In this document: positions 11,911 to 22,861 of the stretch, one piece after another
Numbering within the stretch: position 1 is the first letter of the stretch
How the letters are laid out: every line of letters begins with the position of its first letter
Source of the DNA: an uncultured Poribacteria bacterium
GTDB taxonomy: Bacteria > Poribacteria > WGA-4E > WGA-3G
Length of the DNA: 64,000 nt
NCBI GenBank assembly: GCA_951813565.1
Contig: OX638351.1
Span: forward strand, 3,936,001 to 4,000,000
Reading direction: 5' to 3'
The notes under the pieces: generated by a model
The model's database searches: none
What the model was told of the DNA's origin: nothing
What the model saw: the letters and a program-made list of their open reading frames with translations, nothing else
Made by a program: the position numbers and the translations under genes

Positions 11911-12042
11911 TCTATATTCAAATTTAGCCTATCTATGGACAGGTCTACGGATCTGTCCATATTTTTCTCTACTTTTAAATATAGAATTTTCATATAGAAA
12001 ATTTATACTTTTGTGCCCACTTCATCGTAATTCTTTTGACAT

Positions 12043-13134
12043 CTATCCGCACTTAACCGGGTACCTTTCAACATAACATTTAACAATGTTTATAATCAGT
12101 TCAATATCATCCCGCGCAGATTCAAGAGAAGTATAACACACCCCACCTTCCGTAATACATGCATGAAAATGGCGGAGTTCCCGAACAAAAGCACTCTCCC
12201 ATTCTACAGCAGGAATTTTGCTATAAGTTGTTCCATCCGCATCTATGCCGTGTATTGTAACTTCTGACAAAATTCCACGCGAAAAACCTGTAGGATACGA
12301 CACCAGTACACGTTTGTTATCTCCATAGATTTCTAATGTTTCTTTGAAGTCCCAAAGGTCAGGTAGATCCACCCAAGTCGCGACACAGCGCGCACCGTTC
12401 GGAAAACCAAAAACGATGTTTACACCTTGTCCATTAGACCACACCTCCACACTTATTACCTCACTCGGTGAACCAAGCATCACACGTAAACTGTAGATGT
12501 CATGAATCATACTACCAGAAAGTAAGAAAAATGCACGTTCCGCTTCGGGTGGGACATCACCTATTGCTTGTTTCCGTGCTGATTCACGCGCAGCATGTGC
12601 AGGCGCGAACGCATCCGCAGGCACATCTTCATAACGCTCCACGTCAAATTGGCTAAGGTGCAATCGATTGTTCGGATGTAAGTGATTTATCTGAACAAAC
12701 CGATAACTTTCCATCGTATCAACCTCGCGCTTTGCAAGTCGGAAAGCAGGATCATGCACCTTCATATAACCTGCCTGCCCGACTTTTCCTGCTTTCTTTT
12801 GCGCTGCGATCATAGAATCTATCTCTTGTATTGAAAAGCAGACAGGTTTCTCAATAAAGACATGCTTCCCTGCCTCAAACGCAGCGAGTGCCACTTCGGT
12901 TTTTGGGTCTCCATGACATAGCAGCACGGCATCAACATCACTATCTAAAAGTTGTACGTAGTCTGTTACAAATTGAGGAATATTAAATCTTTTTGTAGCA
13001 GCTTCCGCGGCACCGGGAGACAGGTCGCACACAATAGCAACTTCAAATTCTTTGTGAAGTTGCTTAAGGTTTGGTAAATGATGAACTTGTGCAATTGCAC
13101 CACATCCAATAACACCTATTTTTACACGACTCAT
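12043..13134 (-). CDS. Gfo/Idh/MocA oxidoreductase
   Basis: start MSRVKIGVIGCGAIA with GGAGG RBS; GKHVFIEKP. Confidence 0.9.
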   Translation of the reverse strand: MSRVKIGVIGCGAIAQVHHLPNLKQLHKEFEVAIVCDLSPGAAEAATKRFNIPQFVTDYVQLLDSDVDAVLLCHGDPKTEVALAAFEAGKHVFIEKPVCFSIQEIDSMIAAQKKAGKVGQAGYMKVHDPAFRLAKREVDTMESYRFVQINHLHPNNRLHLSQFDVERYEDVPADAFAPAHAARESARKQAIGDVPPEAERAFFLLSGSMIHDIYSLRVMLGSPSEVISVEVWSNGQGVNIVFGFPNGARCVATWVDLPDLWDFKETLEIYGDNKRVLVSYPTGFSRGILSEVTIHGIDADGTTYSKIPAVEWESAFVRELRHFHACITEGGVCYTSLESARDDIELIINIVKCYVERYPVKCG

Positions 13135-13328
13135 TAATTTTTTTGACCTCCAGCATTTAATTCTCCGATATGTCCTTATCGTATCATATATCAAAAATAG
13201 ATGCACTTCATTTCCCATCCATAACTGAATGCTGATAACTGATTGCGAAAACAAAATTCATTTGACACCTAAATACAGTATATGATAATCTTATGTATCA
13301 GCGTGCTACAACGTTTTAGCGTGACATA

Positions 13329-14084
13329 ATGCGAAATATTAAACTCGTGCTTGAATATGATGGCACTAATTACCACGGATGGCAGATACAACCCAACTTT
13401 CCAACAATTCAGGGAACAGTTGAGAAGGCTTTAACTCAGTTAACCAAAAAACCTATTAAAATAATCGGGGCAGGTAGAACAGATAGCGGTGTTCACGCGG
13501 AAGGGCAAGTCGCAAATTTTTATACAGATTCACATATCCCAATAGTCGCATTTCAGAAAGGGCTCAATACCTTTCTACCGCGTGATATAGTGGTTTGTTC
13601 TGCAACTGAAGCGGATGCAGATTTTCATGCACGGTTCAGCGCTACGAGTCGGCAGTATCGGTATACGATTTTAAATCGTGCGTATCCATCTGCACTTTTT
13701 CGGTCCATCGCCTATTTCTATCCTGCTCCCGTTGATGTAAAGGCAGCTGATGTAATCTGCCAAAGTATAATTGGCAAATGGGATTTTTCTTCTTTTCAAA
13801 AAACAGGAAGTGATAGATTAAACCCGGTGTGTCAGATTTTTGGGGCACGTTGCTGGAAAATAGGTGAATACGTTTACTTTGAAATTGAAGCGGATTCGTT
13901 TCTACGGGGAATGGTCCGCGCCATTGTCGGCACAATTTTGAAATGCATCAAGGTCACCTCTGGCAACGCTGATAACGCGTGTGCTCAGTTCCACCACATT
14001 TTGAATACGAAGGACAGGGCATTAGCGGGAACATCAGCCCCTGCTAATGGTTTGTCACTTATCCGTGTTGAATATAACGACTAA
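13329..14084 (+). CDS. truA: tRNA pseudouridine(38-40) synthase
   Basis: YDGTNYHGWQ, GAGRTDSGVHA, FHARFSA, FLRGMVR. Confidence 0.96.
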   Translation: MRNIKLVLEYDGTNYHGWQIQPNFPTIQGTVEKALTQLTKKPIKIIGAGRTDSGVHAEGQVANFYTDSHIPIVAFQKGLNTFLPRDIVVCSATEADADFHARFSATSRQYRYTILNRAYPSALFRSIAYFYPAPVDVKAADVICQSIIGKWDFSSFQKTGSDRLNPVCQIFGARCWKIGEYVYFEIEADSFLRGMVRAIVGTILKCIKVTSGNADNACAQFHHILNTKDRALAGTSAPANGLSLIRVEYND

Positions 14085-14099
14085 TAAAACGAGGTCTTT

Positions 14100-15119
14100 A
14101 TGAATTACGGTCAAGTTTTGAATGAATTGGAAACACTAGTCACTGAAACTTTTGGTTTATGGGAACACAACCGAGTTGGATTTCAATGGCGGCACTATAC
14201 GTGGAACCATACGATGCGCGTCCGCGCGATGAGTATGGAACTTGGCAGGCGCGAGGGCGGTGATGTCAAGCTGCTGGAAGTCGCAGGAACGCTACACGAC
14301 ATCACGAAACGTTACGACGGTGTGATACTGACTGATGACAATGGAAAACGTATCCTTGACCACAACGGATTCTGGCTAAATGAAATGCTTACGCCTGCGG
14401 GGGAAAACGTTGTCACAGAACTTTATGAAAAGCACAATCTAAACGGAAAGGTGCATCATGAATCTGGGGCAGTCATCACAGAAAACATTTTAGCGATGTA
14501 TGACTTCGAACCGGCGTTTGTGGAAGCCGCAACGTCTGTCGTTTTGGCACATCTGAAACCGATAAATCTAACTGCTGAAGATTTTAAGCTGTTGTATGGC
14601 AGTATTGAAAACCAGATTCTTTACGATGCAGATACCATGGATCCAAATGTAGGATATACTGGCTTTTTCCGCAATATCCATATTCACGCCTATTTTGCAC
14701 TTCAACGCGGCAATTTTGATTTAGAGGAGTATGTCAGAAATTTACCACGTTGGATTAATTCTAAACAGGAATTTGTAGATAAACTGCTAACCGAATCGTC
14801 CCGTGAAGTGGGGCAAATCAGACAAGATCGAAATCAACGACTCTTTGCCCAAATGGTAGATGAATTGGACGATATGGAGATCAATTGCAAATATGGATTA
14901 CTCGGCGTAATTGAGTATTTTGTCAGTGAAACAGAAGATCCGCATTTCTTAAATCAGCTCAATTATCTCCAAACCGAATGGCTTCCACAACGGCAGCAAT
15001 GGATTGCTGAAGAGGAGAAAAGTGAATCTGCACGTCAACGTGCCCAAGCTGCCGTTGATCGCGTTAACGATTTCTTGACGTTGCTTGAACAAGAAGGCAG
15101 AGGTGAATTTAAGGAGTAA
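14100..15119 (+). CDS. HD-domain protein
   Basis: H...LHDI...H...YDADTMD metal-binding pattern. Confidence 0.75.
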   Translation: MNYGQVLNELETLVTETFGLWEHNRVGFQWRHYTWNHTMRVRAMSMELGRREGGDVKLLEVAGTLHDITKRYDGVILTDDNGKRILDHNGFWLNEMLTPAGENVVTELYEKHNLNGKVHHESGAVITENILAMYDFEPAFVEAATSVVLAHLKPINLTAEDFKLLYGSIENQILYDADTMDPNVGYTGFFRNIHIHAYFALQRGNFDLEEYVRNLPRWINSKQEFVDKLLTESSREVGQIRQDRNQRLFAQMVDELDDMEINCKYGLLGVIEYFVSETEDPHFLNQLNYLQTEWLPQRQQWIAEEEKSESARQRAQAAVDRVNDFLTLLEQEGRGEFKE

Positions 15120-15124
15120 TTAAC

Positions 15125-16000
15125 ATGAATCATTTAACGACAGGCGAACCTAAAGACATCGCATCCACAACCCGACCAATTCCTTATCCTGATGAGCTGT
15201 ATCGCTTTGATACAGTAGCCAACAGCATTTCTGGCAGTTTTTCAGCAGTAACCGATACCGATATCCAATACTTTCATCAGCATGGATACCTTGTGATTGA
15301 AGATGCCTTTACCCCTGACGAAGTTCAGGATGCTATAGATGGTATGGTACATTTGATGGATGGGAAAAATCCAGACTTCCGGGCAATCCAATTTGAGCCG
15401 AAACTCGCGAAACTCAAGGATGAGATGGACACTGATGGACGCCGTGATGCGATCAGAAAAATTTTCAACTATGTAGATTATGAACCACGTCTGAACGCTA
15501 TGGCAGCGCACTCTGGACTCCTCGGTGTACTGGAACGAATTATGGATGACAAGCCTGCACTTTTTCAAGATATGGCGTTGGTAAAACCGCCACGACACGG
15601 TTCCGAAAAACCTTGGCATCAGGATTGTGCATACTTTAATTTGGAACATGGCACGACAGTTGTCGGTGTCTGGATTGCGTTAGACGAAGCAACCCCTGAA
15701 AACGGATGTATGCACATCATACCTGGGTCTCATAATGAGGGACCAATGATCCACTTCAAACGGAGAGATTGGCAGATTTGTGATACGCATGTACCGATTG
15801 CTCGCGATACAATGGTACCGCTTCCACCGGGAGGTTGTCTATTCTGGCATGGATTGACCCATCATGGGAGTCCTGTCAACCACTCATCGCAACGGCGCAG
15901 GGCACTCCAGTTGCATTATAAACCAGCGAGTTCTGAAGATATTTCGACACAAGAACGGATGGATATATACGGAAGCGAGGGAAAAGAGGTAGACTGCTAA
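15125..16000 (+). CDS. phytanoyl-CoA dioxygenase (PhyH) family Fe/2OG enzyme
   Basis: WHQD, WIALDEATPENGCM, PGSH, HGS...RRAL. Confidence 0.9.
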   Translation: MNHLTTGEPKDIASTTRPIPYPDELYRFDTVANSISGSFSAVTDTDIQYFHQHGYLVIEDAFTPDEVQDAIDGMVHLMDGKNPDFRAIQFEPKLAKLKDEMDTDGRRDAIRKIFNYVDYEPRLNAMAAHSGLLGVLERIMDDKPALFQDMALVKPPRHGSEKPWHQDCAYFNLEHGTTVVGVWIALDEATPENGCMHIIPGSHNEGPMIHFKRRDWQICDTHVPIARDTMVPLPPGGCLFWHGLTHHGSPVNHSSQRRRALQLHYKPASSEDISTQERMDIYGSEGKEVDC

Positions 16001-16174
16001 TCTAAACTTACCCAAATTCTCTGTTCCACCTACTGAAGGCGAGAATCTTGAGGGATGTCGGGTAGGTCAACATAGCCATTGCTACAAGAGTTAAGGGAAA
16101 GGTTGGAGTCATAGCACCCACAGCGTAAACGCTGGGGCTTGTGCTTCGTAGCAGTTAGCCTTTTTTCAAAGGTC

Positions 16175-17386
16175 TTACGTCTGCTCCACAAGGGGTTCTA
16201 AGCAGCCCCGAAGTATATTGATAGCAGCGTTTATATCTCTATCGTGGTGTGAACCACATTCATTGCATATCCACTGCCTATCTGCAAGAGAAAGATTATT
16301 GTTAGAATGTCCGCAGTTGCTACAAGGTTTTGTTGTAGGTGTCCACTGTCCGACCTGATGGCATACACGATTATGTTTGAAACATTTGAACTTCAAAATC
16401 TCAACGAACTGGTAAAAGCCAAGATCGGAGACTTTACGTCCCCAGAGTCTTTTCATTCCGTCAAGGTTGAGCGTTTCGGTGACGATAATGTCAAAGCGTC
16501 TGCAAAGGTCTGTAGCAAGTTTCCAGTGCCAATCTCTGCGTTGGTTGCTAACTTTGATATAGAGCCGTGTGAGTTGTCTGATAGCACGATACCAGTTGTT
16601 AGAACCCTTGACTTTGCGACTAAGGGACTTATTCAGTTTGCGAAGTTGTTTCAAAGATTGTTTATGGAACTGCGGAGACTCTATTTTTTCACCAGTGCTG
16701 ATTGTCAGAAAAGTTTTCAACCCGAAGTCTATCCCCACGTTCTCACTTGTGGCGGGCAAAACTTCTTGGGTTGTATCATCGGTGACAATATAGAGCCAGT
16801 ACTCACCCGCACTATCGCGAAGGATTTGGATATATCGGACATCTCCGTGCCAATCCCGGTGTTGGTGAAAAGAAAACCAGATTTTACCATATTTCAAGGA
16901 CTGTGTGTGCGTCCCACGATTTGAAGGAAATACGCACACGCCCATTTTCAAGTTTGTAGCCTGTTTGGAACTTATACCAAATTACCCAAAATCGTAGGGG
17001 CGGGTCTCTGTGCCCGCCCGTGTTCTCGGCAGTGAAAACAATACAAAACTCGTTAATTTGGTATTAGCAGAACGGTATCTATGTTTTCGCTTCGGTTTCG
17101 GATGACCGCCTTGACCAGCAAAGAAACGTTGGTATGCGTCATGGATACGGATAATCGCAGCGTCAAGGGTGTCACGAGGTATCCAAGCCCAATGTTTATG
17201 GGTGCGGTTCAGCAACTTGGTAAGATGCGGTTGCAACTTGTATCTACCAGCATATTTGCCGTAGATGCGGTAATATCGCTTTTCAAGACGCAGAAAGTGG
17301 TTATGCACATCACAAAGATCATCAAGCAGGTTGCCGAAGCGTTTATTCTTTGGATGGTTGCGTCCTTTGTATTTGTAGGTTCGCAT
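16175..17386 (-). pseudogene. tnpB: TnpB RNA-guided nuclease, disrupted by an 89-bp MITE and a frameshift in a (CA)n run near 16905
   Basis: RuvC motifs GIDFG, VTETL, DRDINAA; Zn finger CSNC..CNEC; N-terminal half in ORF 16982-17386. Confidence 0.88.
16975..17063. mobile_element. 89-bp REP-carrying MITE (copy 1)
   Basis: TIRs TACCAAATTA/TAATTTGGTA, TSD TTA; one mismatch to the copy at 62373-62461. Confidence 0.9.
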
Positions 17387-17598
17387 TACTTTACTCCAGC
17401 ATTACTTCCGATTCCATTCGGTTTCGGTAGAGACCACCTCATGCGAGGTGGATGGAATTCTCTACCTGTAATGCTGAGAATAGTTTAACACACTTGGCAC
17501 ATAATTGTCAAGGAAAAAAAGAACGGGCATTCCTCCCCGACCTAAAGCAACGGGGTCTCCTGCCCGAAGATTGATGAATGTTATAAAAGGAGCGGACA

Positions 17599-17957
17599 AT
17601 GAATAACGAATTTATCTCCATTATGACAGAGCGCATCGTGCGTGACTTTGACCCTTTACAGATTATCCTCTTCGGTTCACAGGCACGAGGGGACGCAGAT
17701 CAAAATAGCGACATAGATTGCTCGTCGTTTTTTCGGAACTCGCCGATAAACGGAAAATTGCTCTTGATATTCTGCGCGCCCTGGCTGACTTACCTGTGGC
17801 AAAAGACATTCTTGTCTCAACGCCTGAAGAACTGGAACGTCATCGCACGCGGATCGGATCGGTACTGCGTTACGCCCAACAAGAAAGGCAAAATACTCTG
17901 CCGGAAAGACTTGAACGCTCCTGCGCGCGGATCCGCTCAGCACCTTGTGCTGCCTAA
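17599..17957 (+). pseudogene. minimal nucleotidyltransferase (MNT), frameshifted
   Basis: ILFGSQARGDADQNSDID in one frame continues as LLVVFSE...KDILV in another frame (shift at ~17717). Confidence 0.75.
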
Positions 17958-17982
17958 CGAGAAGGGAAAGTATACTGTGCAA

Positions 17983-18399
17983 GTGAATGATCGATTTCAT
18001 AACACATCCCGCTGGCTCCGCTATGCGGATGAAGACTTGGTGACTGCCGAAACCCTTTTAAAGCAGCCACATGTGCCGCCTCGTCAAGCGTGTTGGCACG
18101 CACAACAAGCTGCAGAAAAGACACTCAAAGTGGTATTAATCTTCTTAGAGATCTATTTTTCGAGAACGCATGATTTAGATGCGCTACGGAATCTGGTGCC
18201 TGATAGTTGGCATCTTAAAACTGTGCATCTAGACCTATCGAACTTAACCCGATGGGCACTTGAAGCATGCTACCCGGAGGACATGTCAGAAACCACCAAC
18301 GCAGACGCATCCAAGGCTGTTGAACAAGCACGAACCGTTTGGACATCTGTATTTACCGCGCTCAAAGAACACGGTTATCATGTAGAGAAAGACCTATGA
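17983..18399 (+). CDS. HEPN-domain protein of an MNT-HEPN pair
   Basis: WLRYADEDL, ACWHAQQAAEKTLK, RTHDL motifs; start approximate. Confidence 0.8.
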   Translation: MNDRFHNTSRWLRYADEDLVTAETLLKQPHVPPRQACWHAQQAAEKTLKVVLIFLEIYFSRTHDLDALRNLVPDSWHLKTVHLDLSNLTRWALEACYPEDMSETTNADASKAVEQARTVWTSVFTALKEHGYHVEKDL

Positions 18400-18730
18400 T
18401 TTGTTGGAAAGAGGATGAAAAGGCGGGAATCTTGGGAGACGTCGGTTAGTGAGAATTACCTAATAGGTTCGCCGTTAGCGTTACATCTCGGATGCCTTAT
18501 ACGATCTTCACTACAGACAACCATTATTATGGTACGATTTATCATGGAAAATTCTTCATATAACATAAGTGGTTCACTCGCTAAACATTTATTACATAGA
18601 GAACGGGCGGAATAGATCCAAAAGTCCCTCCCCTCGCTTGCAGGAGGATAAAGGGTGTGAATTTAGGGATTTCAAAACATAGAATACTCAAATTACTTAC
18701 CGAGTAAACCATTTAGAAATGGTATAACAA

Positions 18731-18979
18731 TAACGTGAGTTTGATAAATCCCGTAGGGAATCAACACCGAATGCGCCTACGGCATTCGGTGGGGTAGAAC
18801 GGAAATGGACAATAAAAATAGACCCTAAAGAGAGGTTGTTGACCTATTTGAGGTCGATATTTCCGAAAAAATAAGTGAAATCCAACTCTTTAGGACTCTC
18901 AAGACGGTTGAATTGTTGGGTTTCGCTTCGCTCTACCCAACGGACATCTATATTCATTCTAATTATCAAGCTCACGTTA
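18731..18979. mobile_element. ~248-bp MITE family A (copy 1)
   Basis: TIR TAACGTGAGTTTGATAA; 4-bp flank duplication ACAA; close copy at 54028-54274. Confidence 0.8.
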
Positions 18980-19015
18980 ACAATAGGCATTTTCAGTAAC
19001 TGCCACTTTTTAATT

Positions 19016-19465
19016 TCACAGAAAAAATTCCTCGCAAACATGATACGGGTCTGAGGTATAAACACGATAAATGATCCTTCCTGAAAAATCAAGCATATCT
19101 TTCATTCGATCATAAATAATCGGATTTGATACACGTTGTAAAGCAGAATGACGTGTTACCCATTCGGTTTCCAGACTCTCGTCACTCGTAGTTAATTCAC
19201 CCCGGACATAATCTGCTAAGAAGCCAAACGCTAATTTTGTAGGAGATTTGATGTTTGAGTAAACACCAACCAGCGACCCAATTGACGCAGTAACTCCTGA
19301 CTCTTCTTTAATCTCGCGTTCCAATGCCTCAATAAGGTTTTCACCTTCTTCAACTTGACCACCGGGGAACTCCCACCCACGGCGCGGACCTCGTATGAGC
19401 AAGATTTTACCGTTAGGGTGACGGACCAATCCTGAGACAGCAACAATATGTTTCGGATGAACCAT
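19016..19465 (-). CDS. NUDIX hydrolase
   Basis: Nudix box GGQVEEGENLIEALEREIKEESG. Confidence 0.93.
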   Translation of the reverse strand: MVHPKHIVAVSGLVRHPNGKILLIRGPRRGWEFPGGQVEEGENLIEALEREIKEESGVTASIGSLVGVYSNIKSPTKLAFGFLADYVRGELTTSDESLETEWVTRHSALQRVSNPIIYDRMKDMLDFSGRIIYRVYTSDPYHVCEEFFL

Positions 19466-19467
19466 CT

Positions 19468-21087
19468 TTACACACCTATCGCGTATCCATCGCGCCGCGG
19501 GTCGGCACCGCCCATAAAACTACCTTCTTCAGAATCAAAGGCGATACCGTGACCGCCTCCGACAGTTGCTGTCCAATCGGGTAACACGTCGACCTCATGC
19601 CCGCGCGCTTCTAACGCTGCACGGACCGCAACAGGGATACGCCCTTCCATACTGACATGCTTACCGGGCTTTACCAACCGAATACGTGGTGCCTCAATTG
19701 CCGCCTGTACGTTCATACCGTGTTCAATCAGATTCAAAACCATCTGTAACGTCGTCTGAAGGATACCGTGGCTTCCCGGTGTGCCAATCGCTGCAAATGG
19801 ATTTCCGCCTTTCCAAACTTGGCACGGCGACATGCACATTTCTATCCGTTTATGCGATCCAACGGCATTCGGACTCTCTGGAATTCTGTCAAACCAGTTC
19901 ATAAAATTGTTGAGAAACATCCCCGTTGAACCGAGAATCACACCTGAGCCAAAGGGTTGTCCAAGACTCTGTGTAACTGCGACGATATTGCCCTCAGCAT
20001 CAGCCGTGTCAAAGTGAGTTGTACATTCGGTTGTCCAGTCATTTGCGAGTATCTCACCGGGGAGTTTGTCCTTTGTCCAACGTTCACCACCAGTAACTGC
20101 AGCCTGTCCGCCAATGCGTTCGCGTTGTGCCCGCGCATAGTCTTTCGATAACAACTCTTCAATCGGTGGGTTCGGACGCGGGGCGTGTTCAGCTCTATCC
20201 GCACTCGCTAACTTAATCGCTTCAATCAGTAAATGCAAGTATTCCGGTGTATTGTGTCCAAGTTCACCGAGGGCATCGTTCTCTAAAATATTCAGTGTCT
20301 CCAAATATTGAAAACCTGAACACGGTGGGGATGGACAGTAGACTTCGTAATCTTTGTAAGTAACAGAGATAGGTTCCTGCCACTCTACCTCAAAGTCAGC
20401 CAAATCCTTTTCGGTAATCAGCCCATCGGTTTCTTCAGAAAAACGGACAATCTCTTTAGCAATCTCACCTCGGTAGAACGCCTCTGCACCGCCTTCCACA
20501 ACCGTGCGGAACGTTTGGGCGAGATCCTTTTGCACCAAAAGCTCGCCAGGATGTGGCGTTCTGCCTCGCGAGGCAATAACCTCCTCAGCCCTTTCCGAAA
20601 AATAGGGACGCGCGCCTGCAATAAACTCCGCATTCTTGACCGTGACAGCGTATCCGTTTTCTGCGGACTCAATTGCTGGCGCAAAAATGTCAGCGCGATC
20701 CATGCTGCCGTAACGGTCCAAGAGGGCAAGCCATCCACCACAACCACCCGGTACCATTCCTGCGCGGATGCCAATCTGTTGACTTTCAAGTGTCGGATAG
20801 ACATCCAACGTCGCTGCGTAAGGGGATGTACCCATATAGTCAAGTACCCGCCGTGCTTTTTCTTTCGCACTATAGAGCAACATATACCCGTTGCCAGCAA
20901 TACCCGACATATAGGGTTCAACAACGTTGAGTGTCGAAGCCACAGCAACGGCAGCATCAAACGCATTGCCCCCAGCAAGTAACATGCGCGCACCAGCAAG
21001 GCTTGCAAGCGGATGAGCGCTTGTTACCATTCCGCGTGTTCCTGTTACAGTGGATCGGTGCGTTGTGCCGTGTGATGGAAAAGCCAT
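19468..21087 (-). CDS. ggt: gamma-glutamyltransferase
   Basis: GGNAFDAAVA, CTTHF nucleophile Thr, GTPGS, ADPRRDG. Confidence 0.93.
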   Translation of the reverse strand: MAFPSHGTTHRSTVTGTRGMVTSAHPLASLAGARMLLAGGNAFDAAVAVASTLNVVEPYMSGIAGNGYMLLYSAKEKARRVLDYMGTSPYAATLDVYPTLESQQIGIRAGMVPGGCGGWLALLDRYGSMDRADIFAPAIESAENGYAVTVKNAEFIAGARPYFSERAEEVIASRGRTPHPGELLVQKDLAQTFRTVVEGGAEAFYRGEIAKEIVRFSEETDGLITEKDLADFEVEWQEPISVTYKDYEVYCPSPPCSGFQYLETLNILENDALGELGHNTPEYLHLLIEAIKLASADRAEHAPRPNPPIEELLSKDYARAQRERIGGQAAVTGGERWTKDKLPGEILANDWTTECTTHFDTADAEGNIVAVTQSLGQPFGSGVILGSTGMFLNNFMNWFDRIPESPNAVGSHKRIEMCMSPCQVWKGGNPFAAIGTPGSHGILQTTLQMVLNLIEHGMNVQAAIEAPRIRLVKPGKHVSMEGRIPVAVRAALEARGHEVDVLPDWTATVGGGHGIAFDSEEGSFMGGADPRRDGYAIGV

Positions 21088-21200
21088 GCTTACCTCCTCG
21101 TTCTTTTTATAGACGACTTGCGCAAAATTGAGTTGGTATACCTATCTCTTGTGGGAAGGGTTTGTAACCCCCACTTTATACGTAAGTCTACTACGTAAGT

Positions 21201-21488
21201 TTAATTTCTAAACTTTGCTAAAAGCCTCCAAAACCGATGCAATCGCAGCTGCCACATTAACTTCCGATATGTGACACGATGCACAAAAAGTTGTTGTCCA
21301 TCCAACTCAAGTACAGGAATCAGATGCTTATATTTTGTGAATAACCCAAGATTTTTCGTGATGTCAATTTCCTCTATCGCAACAAACGATGTCTTCGCGG
21401 CGATATTTTGCAACACGACCTTTGCCTCGTCACAGAGCGGGCAATCTGGTTTTGTATAGAAATGGAGTTGCATTGGTTCGGTTTTCAA
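21201..21488 (-). CDS. glutaredoxin-like (DUF836) protein
   Basis: YTKPDCPLC, IDI, IPVL. Confidence 0.8.
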   Translation of the reverse strand: MKTEPMQLHFYTKPDCPLCDEAKVVLQNIAAKTSFVAIEEIDITKNLGLFTKYKHLIPVLELDGQQLFVHRVTYRKLMWQLRLHRFWRLLAKFRN

Positions 21489-21661
21489 CAGAGTCGTCTT
21501 GAAGCAAAATAACGATAATATTGCGAAATCTATACTTTAGAGTTTAACACAAGTCGCCAAAAATCTCACGCACTTTTTAGGTGAGCCAATATGGATTATA
21601 TGATAGAATCATGTCAGAACTTACCCGATGTTTTTGGTAATCATACTAAGGAGAAAAAGAC

Positions 21662-22651
21662 GTGAAAATGAGACTTGCACAATACGGTATTTCCCACGAT
21701 CACGCTGGGGGAAAAGCCCACGTGATGAAGGAAAGTGAAGAAATTGATTTCGCCGGTGTCTTTGAGCCATCACCAGAAGTCCGAGAGACTCTTGGTCAAA
21801 GCCTTGTCTATGAAGGAGTTCATTGGTTTGCATCTAAAGAAGAAATGCTTGATGATGAAACAATCGTTGGGATTGCGGCGCAAGGACGTGTGTCGCAGAA
21901 TCTTAGCTTTGCACGGGAGATTCTTGAACACGACAAACATGTTTGGTTTGATAAACCTGCTGGCGATAACCTTGAGACGTTCCGGGAGATTTTGGACATT
22001 GCACGAGATAGAAAGCTGCTCGTTCAACTCGGTTATATGTTCCGATACAATGCTGGCTTTCAGTTTATCCTTGATTGGGCGAACTCTGGCAAACTCGGTC
22101 ATATCTTTTCTGTTCGTGGACGCATCTCATCAGGGCGTTCAAACGATGCACATTGGCAACGCTGGGATTCGCTCGGTGAACATTCGGGTGGCATTATGTT
22201 TATCCTCGCCTGTCATCTTACCGATATTATCGTGGCATTGTTAGGACGCCCCACACAGGTGACACCATTTTCGAGGCACGACGGACATGACGTGCCATGG
22301 TATCGGAACAATACAGCGGCAGTGTTTGAATATCCCAGAGCATTGGCGATTCTTGAGTCAACGGCATTGGAGATTGATTCGGGCAAATCAAGACGATTGG
22401 AAGTATACGGAACACGCGGCAGCGCAATTCTTGAACCGCTTGAACCGCCAGCGTTGCGGTTGTGTCTTGACGAGGAGCGGGATGGGTATGCGAAAGGATG
22501 GCAGACAGTGCCCGTGAAGCCGCGACCGCGTTATGTTGAAAGTCTTCGAGCATTTGTCGCTGATATTCGGGGTGAGAAATCTCCTGATCGTTCGCTTGAC
22601 CATGAGTTCACAGTTCAGGAAACGGTGTTGCGGGCAGCGGGACTAAGATAA
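21662..22651 (+). CDS. Gfo/Idh/MocA oxidoreductase
   Basis: KHVWFDKP, GYMFRY, EVYGTRG. Confidence 0.85.
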   Translation: MKMRLAQYGISHDHAGGKAHVMKESEEIDFAGVFEPSPEVRETLGQSLVYEGVHWFASKEEMLDDETIVGIAAQGRVSQNLSFAREILEHDKHVWFDKPAGDNLETFREILDIARDRKLLVQLGYMFRYNAGFQFILDWANSGKLGHIFSVRGRISSGRSNDAHWQRWDSLGEHSGGIMFILACHLTDIIVALLGRPTQVTPFSRHDGHDVPWYRNNTAAVFEYPRALAILESTALEIDSGKSRRLEVYGTRGSAILEPLEPPALRLCLDEERDGYAKGWQTVPVKPRPRYVESLRAFVADIRGEKSPDRSLDHEFTVQETVLRAAGLR

Positions 22652-22861
22652 TTTATAGCGGATTAGAGATTTTACAATTATTGTGAAATATAAAATATAT
22701 ACACAGGGTAGCAGGCACGCTCCGCGTGCCGTCCGCACAATAGGTATTGATTTGATGCACGCTAACCACAAACTGTAGGCGCGCTTTACAAGCGCGCCTA
22801 CCAACAGATGTTTACGTAATTTTGTGTTGTCCCATAAGTTGCCATCTATTGAAAAGCGAGG

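Larger units (their letters stand above)
16108..17573 (-). mobile_element. IS200/IS605-family (tnpB-only) element
   Basis: tnpB remnant; subterminal hairpins at 16112-16140 and 17525-17565 typical of IS605 ends; boundaries approximate, putative TAM TTCAT. Confidence 0.6.

Noticed and set aside
18844..19092. Similar short ORFs here and at 54058-54270 (RWVERSETQQ)
   Set aside because: Both are translations of MITE family A.
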